A stretch of 64,000 bases of DNA, taken from IMG/VR virus record IMGVR_UViG_3300023257_000007, positions 1 to 64,000 of that record; one strand, 5' to 3'. The position numbers and the translations under genes were made by a program. Of this stretch, positions 1-10,104 are shown piece after piece; position 1 is the stretch's first letter, and the number at the start of each line of letters is the position of its first letter. The notes under the pieces were generated by a model, which worked only from the letters and a program-made list of their open reading frames with translations, searched no databases and was not told the DNA's origin.

Positions 1-1137
1 CATTGTACAGACAAATTAAAAAATAAAATTAAACAAGATTTAAAAACCTGTTGCGAAAAAAATTCAATTAAAAGTCTACCCAATAGAAATAAAAACTACT
101 GGTTAATTAGAGGATGGTCTATGGAAGAAACAACACTTAAAATAAACGATATTAATAATTTGAGAAAGAAAATTAAAATTACTATTTTAAATAAAGAATT
201 TTGGATTGAAAAAGGTTTCACCGAAATAGAATCTATCAAAAAAATCTCAAAAATTCAAAGTGAAAGATCCAAGAAAATGCATAAGAAAAGAAAAGAAAAT
301 CCAGAAAATTACAAACCAATACTATCACCATTTACTGAAGAATTTTGGATTAAAAAGGGTATTACAAATAAAGAAGAAATTAATTTTAAAATAAAATCTC
401 AAAGAAAACTTAATGTAGAATTTTGGTTAAATAGAGGACATAACACCAAAGAATCAATTAAATTAGTTAAAAATTATCAATCTGAAAATTCAAAAAAACG
501 TCAAGATAAATGGAAAGATAAAAAACATTTAGTTGATTATTTAAAACAATTTAACACAAATATAGAATTTTATTTAGATAAAGGTTTTTCTATAGAAAAA
601 AGCCAAGAATTATTAAAAGAAAGACAATCAACTTTCACTTTAGAAAAATGTATTATTAAACATGGATTTAAAAATGGTACTTTAATATTTAATAATAGAC
701 AAACAAAATGGAAAGAAAAAGTCTTTAATGAAAATACTTGTATTGCTAATGGTACGAGTATGATATCAGAAAAATATATACATTCTGTGATAAGCAAAAT
801 TAACAATGATAAAATTACAGATCTTTTCAAATATGGAAAAGACGAAAAATTTATTTATGATAATAAATTAAAAAAATGTTACAAATATGATTTAACTTAT
901 AAGAAAAAAATAGTGGAATTTCATGGTGATTTTTGGCATTGTAACCCAAAAATATATAATGAAAATGAAATACACAAAGTAATTAAATTAACAAGCAAAG
1001 AAATTTGGGCTAATGATAAAAGGAAAAAAGATTGTGCTGTTGAGAATAATTATGATATTTTTATAATTTGGGAAAGCGAATATTTACATGATCCTGTCAA
1101 AAGTATTGAAAATACAATAAAATTTTTAGAATTATGA
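1..1137 (+). CDS. Vsr-like (PD-(D/E)xK) homing endonuclease, 5' end outside window
   Basis: Frame is open from base 1 (HCTDKLKNK...YWLIRGWS) into the listed ATG at 121. C-terminal IVEFHGDFWHCNP...IFIIWESEY motif; paralogous to 43142 and 49194. Confidence 0.8.
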   Translation, partial: HCTDKLKNKIKQDLKTCCEKNSIKSLPNRNKNYWLIRGWSMEETTLKINDINNLRKKIKITILNKEFWIEKGFTEIESIKKISKIQSERSKKMHKKRKENPENYKPILSPFTEEFWIKKGITNKEEINFKIKSQRKLNVEFWLNRGHNTKESIKLVKNYQSENSKKRQDKWKDKKHLVDYLKQFNTNIEFYLDKGFSIEKSQELLKERQSTFTLEKCIIKHGFKNGTLIFNNRQTKWKEKVFNENTCIANGTSMISEKYIHSVISKINNDKITDLFKYGKDEKFIYDNKLKKCYKYDLTYKKKIVEFHGDFWHCNPKIYNENEIHKVIKLTSKEIWANDKRKKDCAVENNYDIFIIWESEYLHDPVKSIENTIKFLEL

Positions 1138-1496
1138 AAATTACAATAAAAGATTTATATGATTTTAACTTAGAAACTGACTTAATAAATAAAGGTAAAT
1201 TTAAAGTTAAAACTAAGAATGGTTTTAAAAAAATTGATGCAATTGATATAACTGACATTAGTTCAAAAATTGTGATAAATACAAAAAGTGATAAAATTAA
1301 AACATCACCAGATCATCTTTTATCAAAATTTGACGATTGGATATTTGTCAAAAATTTAAAAATTGGTGATTATATTGATTGTATTAATGGTCCCGAACAA
1401 ATTACCAATATTGAAATTGATGAAATAGTAGAAGAATTATATGATATTCAAGTTGATGGAGAAGAATATTTTGCAAATAACTTTAGAACTCATAAT
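1134..1496 (+). mobile_element. Split intein C-half (gp46)
   Basis: TSPDHLL block B, LYDIQV block F, terminal HN followed by Ser. No N-terminal Cys/Ser block A in this ORF. Confidence 0.85.
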
Positions 1497-3101
1497 TCAT
1501 CTTTACGACAATGTATAGACTTTGCACTATTCCATAAAGTTAGAGGTAAAACAAAAAAAGTTCTTTCAGTTAAGAAACTACCAAATAGACACAATAAAAG
1601 TCTTTATGTTGGATTATGGTTTGATAATTATAAAGGTGATGAAATAGTTATTAAAAAATATCTAGAACCACAAAAATTCGAAATGACAATAAATGAAGAA
1701 CCATTTGAGAAAAAATTCTCTAAAATGACTGATCCTGAAAAAGAAAATCTACTAGGATTTAGTTATAACATATTTCAAAACTTCATATCAATGTCACTTA
1801 ATAACTTCAAAAATTTTGTATCATTATCTAAAGATGATAAAGAAACAGTCCTAAATAAATTATTTAATTTAGAAGAACTAAATTCACTACAAAATATAAC
1901 AAAACAACTAAAAAAAGACTTACAAAAGAACAGATCTAGTGTTTATGAAGAATTGCAAGAGAAAAAGACAAGAATAGATGAATTAAATAATATTATATCA
2001 AAATTAAACTCTAATAATAGTATAAATAAAGTAGAAAGAATCAAAGAGATTAATATCAAATTAGTTGAATATAAAAACAGAAGTGGTATATTAACCAATA
2101 AGAATATCGAAATTAGTAAAGAAATTGAAGTTTATAATCAAAAATTAATGAAATTTGCTAGTAATAAAACACAAGGAGATAGAATGATTACAACAAACGA
2201 ACTTAAAATTGAAAACATAGAAGAAAAATTAGATGCTTTCAATAAAGGAATATGTCCTATATGTGATAGTAATTTAAATACTAATAAACATAAATCAAAA
2301 ATTGGTGAATTTAGTACAACTGTAAAAAAATTAAATGAAAAAAACGAAGAAGTTGAAGAACAATTAATAAAAGTAGTAACACTTGATACAAAATATAGAA
2401 ATAAAAAGAGTACTTTGTATAATGAATTAAGTAAGAATAAACAAGAACTTGATTTAATCAAAGAAAATTTTACTAAATTTAAATTAGAAAAATCTTCATT
2501 AAAACAACAAAACTTTGATTCTATTGATGAATTAAACAAAGAAAAAGAGCTACACAAAAAAAGAGTTAATTCATTATTACCTAATTTTAATAAATATAAA
2601 GATAAAGAACCAATTTATGATGAACTAATTAATATATTTTCAGGTGATGTTATTAGAAATAATATTATTAAAAATATATTAAAATCAGTTAATTATTATC
2701 TTCAAGATTTTTTAACCAAATTAGAATATCCATATGACGTTGAATTGGACATGAATTTCAATGCCATAATTAAAGAAAAAGAAAAAATCGACCCTGAAAC
2801 ATTATCTGGAGGAGAAGATAAAAAAATTAATGTTGCTATTGCTTTATCATATTTGTGTTTAATACTTGATGTTAAACATAGTAATTTATTATTTTTAGAT
2901 GAAATATTTGATTCAATTGACATTGAAAGTGTAGACTTATTATTGAACTTACTTAAAGAAATATCAGAAAAATATAAAATCAATATTATCATTGTTCACC
3001 ATAATGATGTTAATTTACAACATTTTGATAGAATAATTAGAACTAAAAAAGATTTATTTAGTGATATTGAAGAAATTGATTTAGTAAATGAGAAGAATTA
3101 A
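1134..3101 (+). CDS. gp46/SbcC/Rad50-like recombination ATPase, C-terminal fragment preceded by split-intein C-half
   Basis: First 121 aa are Hint-like and end FANNFRTHN|S. Then coiled coil, CPIC zinc hook, LSGGE signature, LFLDE Walker B. Walker A is absent. Confidence 0.88.
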   Translation: MKITIKDLYDFNLETDLINKGKFKVKTKNGFKKIDAIDITDISSKIVINTKSDKIKTSPDHLLSKFDDWIFVKNLKIGDYIDCINGPEQITNIEIDEIVEELYDIQVDGEEYFANNFRTHNSSLRQCIDFALFHKVRGKTKKVLSVKKLPNRHNKSLYVGLWFDNYKGDEIVIKKYLEPQKFEMTINEEPFEKKFSKMTDPEKENLLGFSYNIFQNFISMSLNNFKNFVSLSKDDKETVLNKLFNLEELNSLQNITKQLKKDLQKNRSSVYEELQEKKTRIDELNNIISKLNSNNSINKVERIKEINIKLVEYKNRSGILTNKNIEISKEIEVYNQKLMKFASNKTQGDRMITTNELKIENIEEKLDAFNKGICPICDSNLNTNKHKSKIGEFSTTVKKLNEKNEEVEEQLIKVVTLDTKYRNKKSTLYNELSKNKQELDLIKENFTKFKLEKSSLKQQNFDSIDELNKEKELHKKRVNSLLPNFNKYKDKEPIYDELINIFSGDVIRNNIIKNILKSVNYYLQDFLTKLEYPYDVELDMNFNAIIKEKEKIDPETLSGGEDKKINVAIALSYLCLILDVKHSNLLFLDEIFDSIDIESVDLLLNLLKEISEKYKINIIIVHHNDVNLQHFDRIIRTKKDLFSDIEEIDLVNEKN

Positions 3102-3570
3102 TATTATAGTAGCAATTGGTCAGAACAATGAAATTGGTTGTAATAATAAATTGCCTTGGAATATACCAGAAGATTTAAAAAGATTCAAAGAATTAACATT
3201 AAATCATCCTGTTATAATGGGAAGAAAAACCTTTGAAAGTATTGGCAAACCATTATCAAACAGATTAAATATTGTTATTAGTAATAATGATAATTTCTCA
3301 AGTAAAGGTATAATTAAAATGAATTCTCTTACTAATGCTTTAAAATATATACATCAAGAGGAAGTTTTTATAATTGGTGGTGCTCAAATATATGAACAAT
3401 CTATATATTTAGCTGATAAACTATATATAACAAGAATATTTGATACATTTGAAGCTGATACATATTTTCCAAAAATAGATTTAAAATACTGGAAACTAGA
3501 ACAAATTGAAAGCAACACTAATAAATCTACGTTATCTTACACATTTGAAAATTACATAAGAAAATATTAA
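3088..3570 (+). CDS. folA: Dihydrofolate reductase
   Basis: IVAIGQNNEIG, LPWNIPEDLKRFK, VIMGRKTFESIG, IIGGAQIY motifs. Confidence 0.96.
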   Translation: MRRINIIVAIGQNNEIGCNNKLPWNIPEDLKRFKELTLNHPVIMGRKTFESIGKPLSNRLNIVISNNDNFSSKGIIKMNSLTNALKYIHQEEVFIIGGAQIYEQSIYLADKLYITRIFDTFEADTYFPKIDLKYWKLEQIESNTNKSTLSYTFENYIRKY

Positions 3571-3597
3571 TATATATTATTACTAATATTATTATTT

Positions 3598-4647
3598 ATG
3601 AAAGAAATTGATGTTATAGATAAGTTTTACAGAAATTTACCAACCCCTACTTCTATGTGGAAGTATGTTAATGGTTCATTCATATTGATTAATTTCAATA
3701 ATGAATTAGAATCTATAACCAACAATAATATTGAAAATTATTTAGGTCAAGCATCTTATTCTATTTATGATGATGCTGAAATAACAGAACAAATGAATAT
3801 TTGTTATAATACCAAAGAAGTTGTAAAAAAAGACTATATACTTGACGATAAAACAATAAGAACAACATATGTTTTTGTTGAGCCAGATTATTTAATTGTT
3901 CAATCAGAAGATATTACCAATCAAAAATCTTTAATAAAAAAATTCAAAAACTTAAATGAGGAATACATGGCTCAAAACGAAGAATTAAATCAATTTGCAT
4001 ATTTAGCTTCACATGATTTACAAGAACCATTAAGAACAATTAGTGGTTTTATTTCACTTTTAAAAGTAAGTTATAAAAATGATTTAGATGAAAAATCTGA
4101 AAAATATATGGAATATATAGAAAGTGCTATTGATAGAATGCAGAATATGATTGATGATATTTTAAATTATTCTAAATTAAAGAATGGTATTGAAGATTTA
4201 GATGAAGTAAATTTAAAAGAATTAATACATGAAATATATTTAGATTTGAAGAGTTTGGTTGATGATGGAGAATTAACATTAATAACAGAAAATTTACCAA
4301 CCATTAGAGCTGATAAAAATTTAATGTATAGTTTATTTCAAAATTTAATAACAAATGCTGTAAAATATAGAAGTGAAGAATTACCGATAATTGAAATAGA
4401 TTGGGATGAGAATGAGAATTATTATAAATTTACAGTTAAAGACAATGGAATAGGAATTGAAAAAGAATATAAAAATAAAATATTTGATGTTTTTTACAGA
4501 TTGCATAGCAAATCAAAATATGAAGGTACGGGCATTGGTTTATCAATTTGTAAAAAGATCATAGAATTACATAAAGGTAAAATTTGGGTTGATTCAGTAT
4601 TAGGTATAGGTAGTACGTTTAACTTTACTTTAAAAAAAACAAGATAA
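3598..4647 (+). CDS. Cytoplasmic sensor histidine kinase (PAS-like + HisKA + HATPase)
   Basis: H-box FAYLASHDLQEPLRTI, N-box FQNLITNAVKY, G1 DNGIGI, G2 GTGIGLSIC. Confidence 0.94.
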   Translation: MKEIDVIDKFYRNLPTPTSMWKYVNGSFILINFNNELESITNNNIENYLGQASYSIYDDAEITEQMNICYNTKEVVKKDYILDDKTIRTTYVFVEPDYLIVQSEDITNQKSLIKKFKNLNEEYMAQNEELNQFAYLASHDLQEPLRTISGFISLLKVSYKNDLDEKSEKYMEYIESAIDRMQNMIDDILNYSKLKNGIEDLDEVNLKELIHEIYLDLKSLVDDGELTLITENLPTIRADKNLMYSLFQNLITNAVKYRSEELPIIEIDWDENENYYKFTVKDNGIGIEKEYKNKIFDVFYRLHSKSKYEGTGIGLSICKKIIELHKGKIWVDSVLGIGSTFNFTLKKTR

Positions 4648-4650
4648 AGT

Positions 4651-5019
4651 ATGAAAATACTAATGATTGAAGACAGTGAACCTGATAGAGTATTAATCAA
4701 AGAATCATTTGACAATTGCACTTATTATACTATATTAGATTATGCAGAAGATGCAAGTGAAGCTTTAAATTATTTATCTAAAACAATACCAGATTTAATT
4801 TTATTGGATTTAAACCTTCCGAAGGTTTCTGGATTTGATTTATTAGAAAAATTGAAAAAAAACCCAAAATATAAAGAAATACCTGTAATAATATTAACTG
4901 CTTCGAATAATGTACAATATGTGAAAATGGCATATAAATTATATGCAAATTCTTATATTACAAAACCTATGGATGCAGAGAATTTCTTAAGATATTGGTT
5001 TGAGGTTGTAGAATTATAA
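4651..5019 (+). CDS. Stand-alone response regulator receiver
   Basis: ILMIEDS, LILLDLNLPKVSG, VIILTAS, YITKP. Confidence 0.93.
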   Translation: MKILMIEDSEPDRVLIKESFDNCTYYTILDYAEDASEALNYLSKTIPDLILLDLNLPKVSGFDLLEKLKKNPKYKEIPVIILTASNNVQYVKMAYKLYANSYITKPMDAENFLRYWFEVVEL

Positions 5020-5061
5020 TTTATAATTTAATATATAATTGCATAAAATTAATTTATATTT

Positions 5062-5760
5062 ATGAATAAATTCATAGAATTCATTATTGAAAAATGGGAA
5101 ATCTTTCCTTTATGGTTAAAGTGGGTACTTGGAATTCTAACAACATTAATAACATTCGGGTTAGTTATTAAATATACTTATCCTATAATTAAAGATATAA
5201 GAAATTCTAAAAAGAAATCAGAGTCTTTAGACAAAGGAATGTTATTGAATCATGATTTTTTTCTTGATTTAGATAAAATGTTGAATTATGATATTAAAAA
5301 TATGAATTTTGGTAGTGAAGGTAAAAACTATATAGCAAAACTTTTACTTAAAACCAAAATTAATACTTTTATAAAAAAGACACAAAAATTCATTAAAAAT
5401 ACAAATTTTAAAATATCTGTAAATGATTGTAAAAAATTAATTTTAAATAATATTTATGAATGCATCAGTGAGTATGAAATTAAATTTATGTCTCATGCTT
5501 ACACAAATGAAGAAAAGGAAATATTTAATATTATTTTAAAAAAATTCAACGAAAACCATCTAAAAAACGAAGATCTTATAATAACATCTATCAACGATAG
5601 ATTTGATTCTGATGTATATCAAAACATACACGCTAGATTATGTTATTCATTAGACATGATGGCTATTCCATTTGATTTTTTAATACAAGAAGTGGAATCT
5701 GTTTTCATCGAAATGAATGGTGATTTAGAAGGTAAAAAAATACATAATAGACTAATATGA
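5062..5760 (+). CDS. Membrane-anchored hypothetical protein
   Basis: Single N-terminal hydrophobic helix (WVLGILTTLITFGLVI). Confidence 0.6.
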   Translation: MNKFIEFIIEKWEIFPLWLKWVLGILTTLITFGLVIKYTYPIIKDIRNSKKKSESLDKGMLLNHDFFLDLDKMLNYDIKNMNFGSEGKNYIAKLLLKTKINTFIKKTQKFIKNTNFKISVNDCKKLILNNIYECISEYEIKFMSHAYTNEEKEIFNIILKKFNENHLKNEDLIITSINDRFDSDVYQNIHARLCYSLDMMAIPFDFLIQEVESVFIEMNGDLEGKKIHNRLI

Positions 5761-6116
5761 AAAAAATTCTATTAATAGATGATCATAACTACATGTATGA
5801 TTTAGTCGCAGGAATATTAAAAGAGTATAATATTTCTTATGTTGATAATGTTGATGATGCTTTATTAACACTTAATAATGAAACATTTGATTTAGTGATT
5901 GTAGATTTAATGATGCCTAAGAAAAGTGGTTTCAGTTTACTACCATTATTGAAAAATAAAAATATTCCTAATATCACATTAAGTAATGTTAAGAATAAGC
6001 GAATTAGTAGGGATATATTAAAAATGACAGATGCTTACATTAATAAAGGGGAAATTGATCATCTCAAATCAACTGCAATTAAAATATTAAATGGTATTGA
6101 AATAGAAAAAGTCTAA
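5757..6116 (+). CDS. Stand-alone response regulator receiver
   Basis: ILLIDDH, LVIVDLMMPKKSG, ITLS, YINKG. Confidence 0.88.
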   Translation: MKKILLIDDHNYMYDLVAGILKEYNISYVDNVDDALLTLNNETFDLVIVDLMMPKKSGFSLLPLLKNKNIPNITLSNVKNKRISRDILKMTDAYINKGEIDHLKSTAIKILNGIEIEKV

Positions 6117-6481
6117 GGATCAACTATTTCTTCATTTTTAACAATTACTGGTTCTTCAACCGGTTTTTCAATCGGTATTTCGGGTTCTTTCTTATTTTCT
6201 GCCGTATTTTGTTTAGTTTCGTGATATTTATTTATTCCAAGTAAAGTTAATTGGTGAGTTAAAAGCGAACCAAAAACAATTATTATTTCACTTGACAATA
6301 TATATTTACCAGTAGATAATATAGATGTAATGGCTGTGTAAATTTCTATCCCTAAAAATACAAAACAAAATAAAGATATAAAGAAAGTTATAATATATGC
6401 AATTAATCTTGTAGAACTTTCTTTTCCACCCTTTGGTGAGTTAATTGATGATCTAATTAATGATAAAAATCTTTTAAACAT
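6113..6481 (-). CDS. Two-TM membrane protein, possibly holin-like
   Basis: Two hydrophobic segments after KESSTRL; charged C-terminal tail. Confidence 0.45.
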   Translation of the reverse strand: MFKRFLSLIRSSINSPKGGKESSTRLIAYIITFFISLFCFVFLGIEIYTAITSILSTGKYILSSEIIIVFGSLLTHQLTLLGINKYHETKQNTAENKKEPEIPIEKPVEEPVIVKNEEIVDP

Positions 6482-6493
6482 AATATCTTTTTT

Positions 6494-7075
6494 TTAACTA
6501 TCATATACTTGTTGTGTATGTGAATTCTTTGCACTATAAATATATTCGTGGTCATAAGTTGGATTTACTCCAAACCTTTTAAATGTTATATAAATATCTT
6601 CTAAACACTCCATATCAGCACCACCTACTAATGTAACATTTTTTCCAATTAATCTTCTTATTAATAATACAAGTTCATTATTAACAAAAAACCATTTATG
6701 ATTATGTTTATCATTATAAATTATATATGTATCTGTATCACCAATTTTAAATAATTTACCTGGTCCAAAATCTTTTTGTTGTTTAACAGTCTCTACGTGC
6801 TTTAAAAGTTCATCATCAAACCATTTATGTCCAAATCTTTTTGGAATATTTTCACTGTTTCCATTTTTATTTTTAAACGTATAAAGTGGTTTTAAAGGAA
6901 CTTTATTAGTGTCATATATCTGATAAACTTGATTAAATTCTTTTGCATAATCTTGCAACTTTGATACAAATCCCTGTGGAATATGTTTTGAAAATTCCTG
7001 TTGAACATCAACAATCACTAAAATATCATTATTTATAATTTGTGATTCTATTAAGTTACTAAACTTCTTTATCAT
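6494..7075 (-). CDS. Cysteine hydrolase (isochorismatase/nicotinamidase family)
   Basis: LVIVDVQQEF and VGGADMECL (catalytic Asp and Cys positions). Confidence 0.65.
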   Translation of the reverse strand: MIKKFSNLIESQIINNDILVIVDVQQEFSKHIPQGFVSKLQDYAKEFNQVYQIYDTNKVPLKPLYTFKNKNGNSENIPKRFGHKWFDDELLKHVETVKQQKDFGPGKLFKIGDTDTYIIYNDKHNHKWFFVNNELVLLIRRLIGKNVTLVGGADMECLEDIYITFKRFGVNPTYDHEYIYSAKNSHTQQVYDS

Positions 7076-7313
7076 CTAAAATGTCTTTAATTTCTTTTAA
7101 AACAACTTTATGATTTTCATCTAATTTAGATTCATCTAATTTTTCGATTTCCTCTAACCATATCCAAACTAATTGTTCAGGAGTCAAATCTTCAAATTCA
7201 ATATCGTAGTCTTCAACATGTTTAATTGCAAGACCAATACTCTCATAAATAACATAATCAACATCATCATATGATTCTATAACAATTCCATATTTATTAT
7301 GTTTTTCTTCCAT
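7059..7313 (-). CDS. Hypothetical protein
   Basis: Acidic ORF. Probable start is MEEKH at 7313; the longer upstream part of the track ORF is low-complexity intergenic sequence. Confidence 0.55.
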   Translation of the reverse strand: MEEKHNKYGIVIESYDDVDYVIYESIGLAIKHVEDYDIEFEDLTPEQLVWIWLEEIEKLDESKLDENHKVVLKEIKDILDDKEV

Positions 7314-7405
7314 ACAAATATATATAAAATAAAAATTCTTATGAATTTTAGAAAATTTTGACTTTATTATATTTATATATAAATATAAATAAATATAAAT
7401 ATAAT

Positions 7406-7642
7406 ATGAAAAAACAAAAAACATTTACAATTGATATGGATATTTGGGAAAAATTTAATGAAATAAGCAAACAAAAATCTATCAATAAATCTTTATTAAT
7501 AGAAAATCATTTAAGAGATATCATTTATTTAAACGAAAACCCAAAACATTTTATTATCGTTGGAGATGAAATAAAATTATTAAAATATTCATTAAATGAA
7601 AATGAAATTTATATATTAGACGCAAAACCAAATATAAAATAA
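7406..7642 (+). CDS. Ribbon-helix-helix DNA-binding protein
   Basis: MKKQKTFTID...WEKFNEISKQKSINKSLLIE pattern; TAATG overlap with the next gene. Confidence 0.65.
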   Translation: MKKQKTFTIDMDIWEKFNEISKQKSINKSLLIENHLRDIIYLNENPKHFIIVGDEIKLLKYSLNENEIYILDAKPNIK

Positions 7643-9219
7643 TGATATTAACCAAATCAGTCAAAGTTAAAGTGCATTCATCTATGGTAAAATACTATCA
7701 GAGTAAAGGATATGAATGCAAATATAAAGATATAATTGATATTAAAGTAAAAGATCTAAAACAAAAAAGTACAGTAATTGTCGAAGTTGAATGTGATATA
7801 TGTGGTGAAAAGAAAAATATACCATTGTTTAGATATAACAACAATTTTAATAATAAAAATATGTATGTTTGTTCAGCTTCTTGCGCACAAACAAAAATAA
7901 AATTAACTAAATTAGAAAATCATGGAGATGAAAATTTTTCAAATATTAAAAAACGAAAAGAAACATGCAAAGAAAGATACAACAACGAAAATTATAAGAA
8001 TATTGAAAAAAAGAAAGAGACAAATATAGAAAGATATGGAGTTGAACACGTGATAATGAATGAAAATATAAAAAATAAAAGACTAGAAACATATAAAAAA
8101 TTATATGGTGAAGAGCACCCAATGAAAAATAATGATATAATTCTAAAGAAAAAACAAACATCTAAAAATAAACATGGTGATAAAAATTATAACAACATAC
8201 AAAAAACACTCAAAACAATTAAAAATAAACAACTTCAAAATATTGAAAAATATAATATTAAAGCTATCAATTATCAAGATTTTCTTTTTGAAGTTGAATG
8301 TGATAAAGGACACAATTATAAAATATCATTCGATTTATTATACAAAAGACATAAATATAATGTAGAAAAATGTACAATATGTAATCCTATTGGAATCAAA
8401 TATTCAAATAGTGAGTATAATTTATTACAATTCATTAAAGAAAATTATAATGGTGAAATAATAAAAAATTCAAGAAAAATAATAAAACCGTATGAATTAG
8501 ACATATTTTTACCAAATTTAAATTTAGCATTTGAATATAATGGATTATGGTGGCACAATGAATTATATAAAGATAAAAATTATCACAAAACTAAAAGTGA
8601 TTTATGTGATAAAAATAATATACAATTAATACATATATGGGAAGATAACTGGATTTATAAACAAGATATAGTTAAATCTATGATATTAAATAAATTAGGT
8701 AAAACACTAAATAAAATATATGCAAGAAAATGTGAAATTAGAGAAATTAAAAATAATGATTTAATAAAACAATTTTTAAACAATAATCATATACAAGGTT
8801 TTGTTGGTTCGAGTGTAAAATTGGGTTTATATTACAATAATGAATTAACTTCTTTAATGACTTTTAAAAAAGATAATAATAATTTTGAATTAAACAGATT
8901 TTGTAATAAGTTAAATACTAATGTTATTGGTGGTGCATCTAAATTATTTAAATACTTTACTAAAAATTATAACTTTTATGAAATAAAAACATTTGCAGAT
9001 AGAACTTATTCAAATGGAAACTTATATTTTAAGATGAATTTTAAAATAGGTAAATTTATAAAACCAGATTATTATTATATTGTTAATGGTATTAGAAAAC
9101 ATAAATTTAATTTTAGAAAACAAAAAGATAACATAAAAACAGAACATGAAATTATGTTAGAAAAAAATATTTATAGAATATATGACGCAGGTAAATATAG
9201 ATTTACCTACTCATTATAA
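7642..9219 (+). CDS. Hef-like free-standing homing endonuclease
   Basis: CxxC ribbons, ERYGVE repeats, ELDIFLP..LAFEYNGLWWH nuclease motif, conserved GGASKLF C-domain. Confidence 0.8.
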   Translation: MILTKSVKVKVHSSMVKYYQSKGYECKYKDIIDIKVKDLKQKSTVIVEVECDICGEKKNIPLFRYNNNFNNKNMYVCSASCAQTKIKLTKLENHGDENFSNIKKRKETCKERYNNENYKNIEKKKETNIERYGVEHVIMNENIKNKRLETYKKLYGEEHPMKNNDIILKKKQTSKNKHGDKNYNNIQKTLKTIKNKQLQNIEKYNIKAINYQDFLFEVECDKGHNYKISFDLLYKRHKYNVEKCTICNPIGIKYSNSEYNLLQFIKENYNGEIIKNSRKIIKPYELDIFLPNLNLAFEYNGLWWHNELYKDKNYHKTKSDLCDKNNIQLIHIWEDNWIYKQDIVKSMILNKLGKTLNKIYARKCEIREIKNNDLIKQFLNNNHIQGFVGSSVKLGLYYNNELTSLMTFKKDNNNFELNRFCNKLNTNVIGGASKLFKYFTKNYNFYEIKTFADRTYSNGNLYFKMNFKIGKFIKPDYYYIVNGIRKHKFNFRKQKDNIKTEHEIMLEKNIYRIYDAGKYRFTYSL

Positions 9220-10003
9220 ACCAACTAACTTGAGATTCACCTTTAATTTTCTCTTCAACCTTCGTTACCAATTCTTTCCCTTCAGAAATCATGTCGGCTG
9301 CGTTATATTGAAAATTACCTGGCATTGGCATATTAAATCTACCAACTACTTCACCCTGTCTAACTTTTGACAAACCTATAACATAATCTTTAAACATATA
9401 AAGATCAAATAATTCTTCTTGTTGGACTCTCAAATAAACTTCTAACATTAAATCAACTGGATATCCACCTTCATCAACATTCGTAAGAATCTTAAGTTGT
9501 TTATTAAAATGATTAAATGAGAACATTAACGTAGGTTTATTCATTTTATTAAGTTCATCAGAAAAAGCTGAAATAACAGAACGATAAACACCTAAATCAC
9601 CAACAGTTGTAACAAAAGATGTTAAAAATGGTTGGTTAGTCACACCAAGATTAATTGAAAGATGTGGTGCTTGAATTCCTAATCTAAATAAACTTGGATC
9701 ATCTATTTTAACTATTCTAGTTATATTTTCTACTTCTTCAGGTAAAATAAAATATTTATGTGCAGTGTAACAATCATGTGATAAACACTCATGAGGTAAC
9801 CAGTAATAAGATTTTTGAACTGCAAATTGATAATTTTTATAAAACCATTCTAATGCATGTTCTTTAATTATTCTTTTTATTTCTCTATCTGGTAAAATTT
9901 TAGGAAATAATCCAGAAATAGTTAATTCTTGATTAACAATATCAACTAATTGCTCTAATGTTATTTGGCCATCATAATTTTGTCCACCTGCTGTATTATA
10001 CAT
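9203..10003 (-). CDS. Neck/head-completion protein (T4 gp13-like)
   Basis: Size and pattern (ALEWFYKNY, YFILPEEVENI) resemble gp13-type neck proteins; recognised by eye. Confidence 0.5.
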   Translation of the reverse strand: MYNTAGGQNYDGQITLEQLVDIVNQELTISGLFPKILPDREIKRIIKEHALEWFYKNYQFAVQKSYYWLPHECLSHDCYTAHKYFILPEEVENITRIVKIDDPSLFRLGIQAPHLSINLGVTNQPFLTSFVTTVGDLGVYRSVISAFSDELNKMNKPTLMFSFNHFNKQLKILTNVDEGGYPVDLMLEVYLRVQQEELFDLYMFKDYVIGLSKVRQGEVVGRFNMPMPGNFQYNAADMISEGKELVTKVEEKIKGESQVSWFIMSR

Positions 10004-10104
10004 ATTTACATATTTATTTTCTATTATTATATATTAAAAAAAATTTTTCTTAATTCTGGTGTTTTTAAACCTAACCTTTTAATATATAAAGATAAATTAA
10101 ATAT

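Noticed and set aside
7406-9219. RHH-GNAT toxin-antitoxin pair
   Set aside because: The large partner is one of four endonuclease paralogs, three of which have no antitoxin neighbour.
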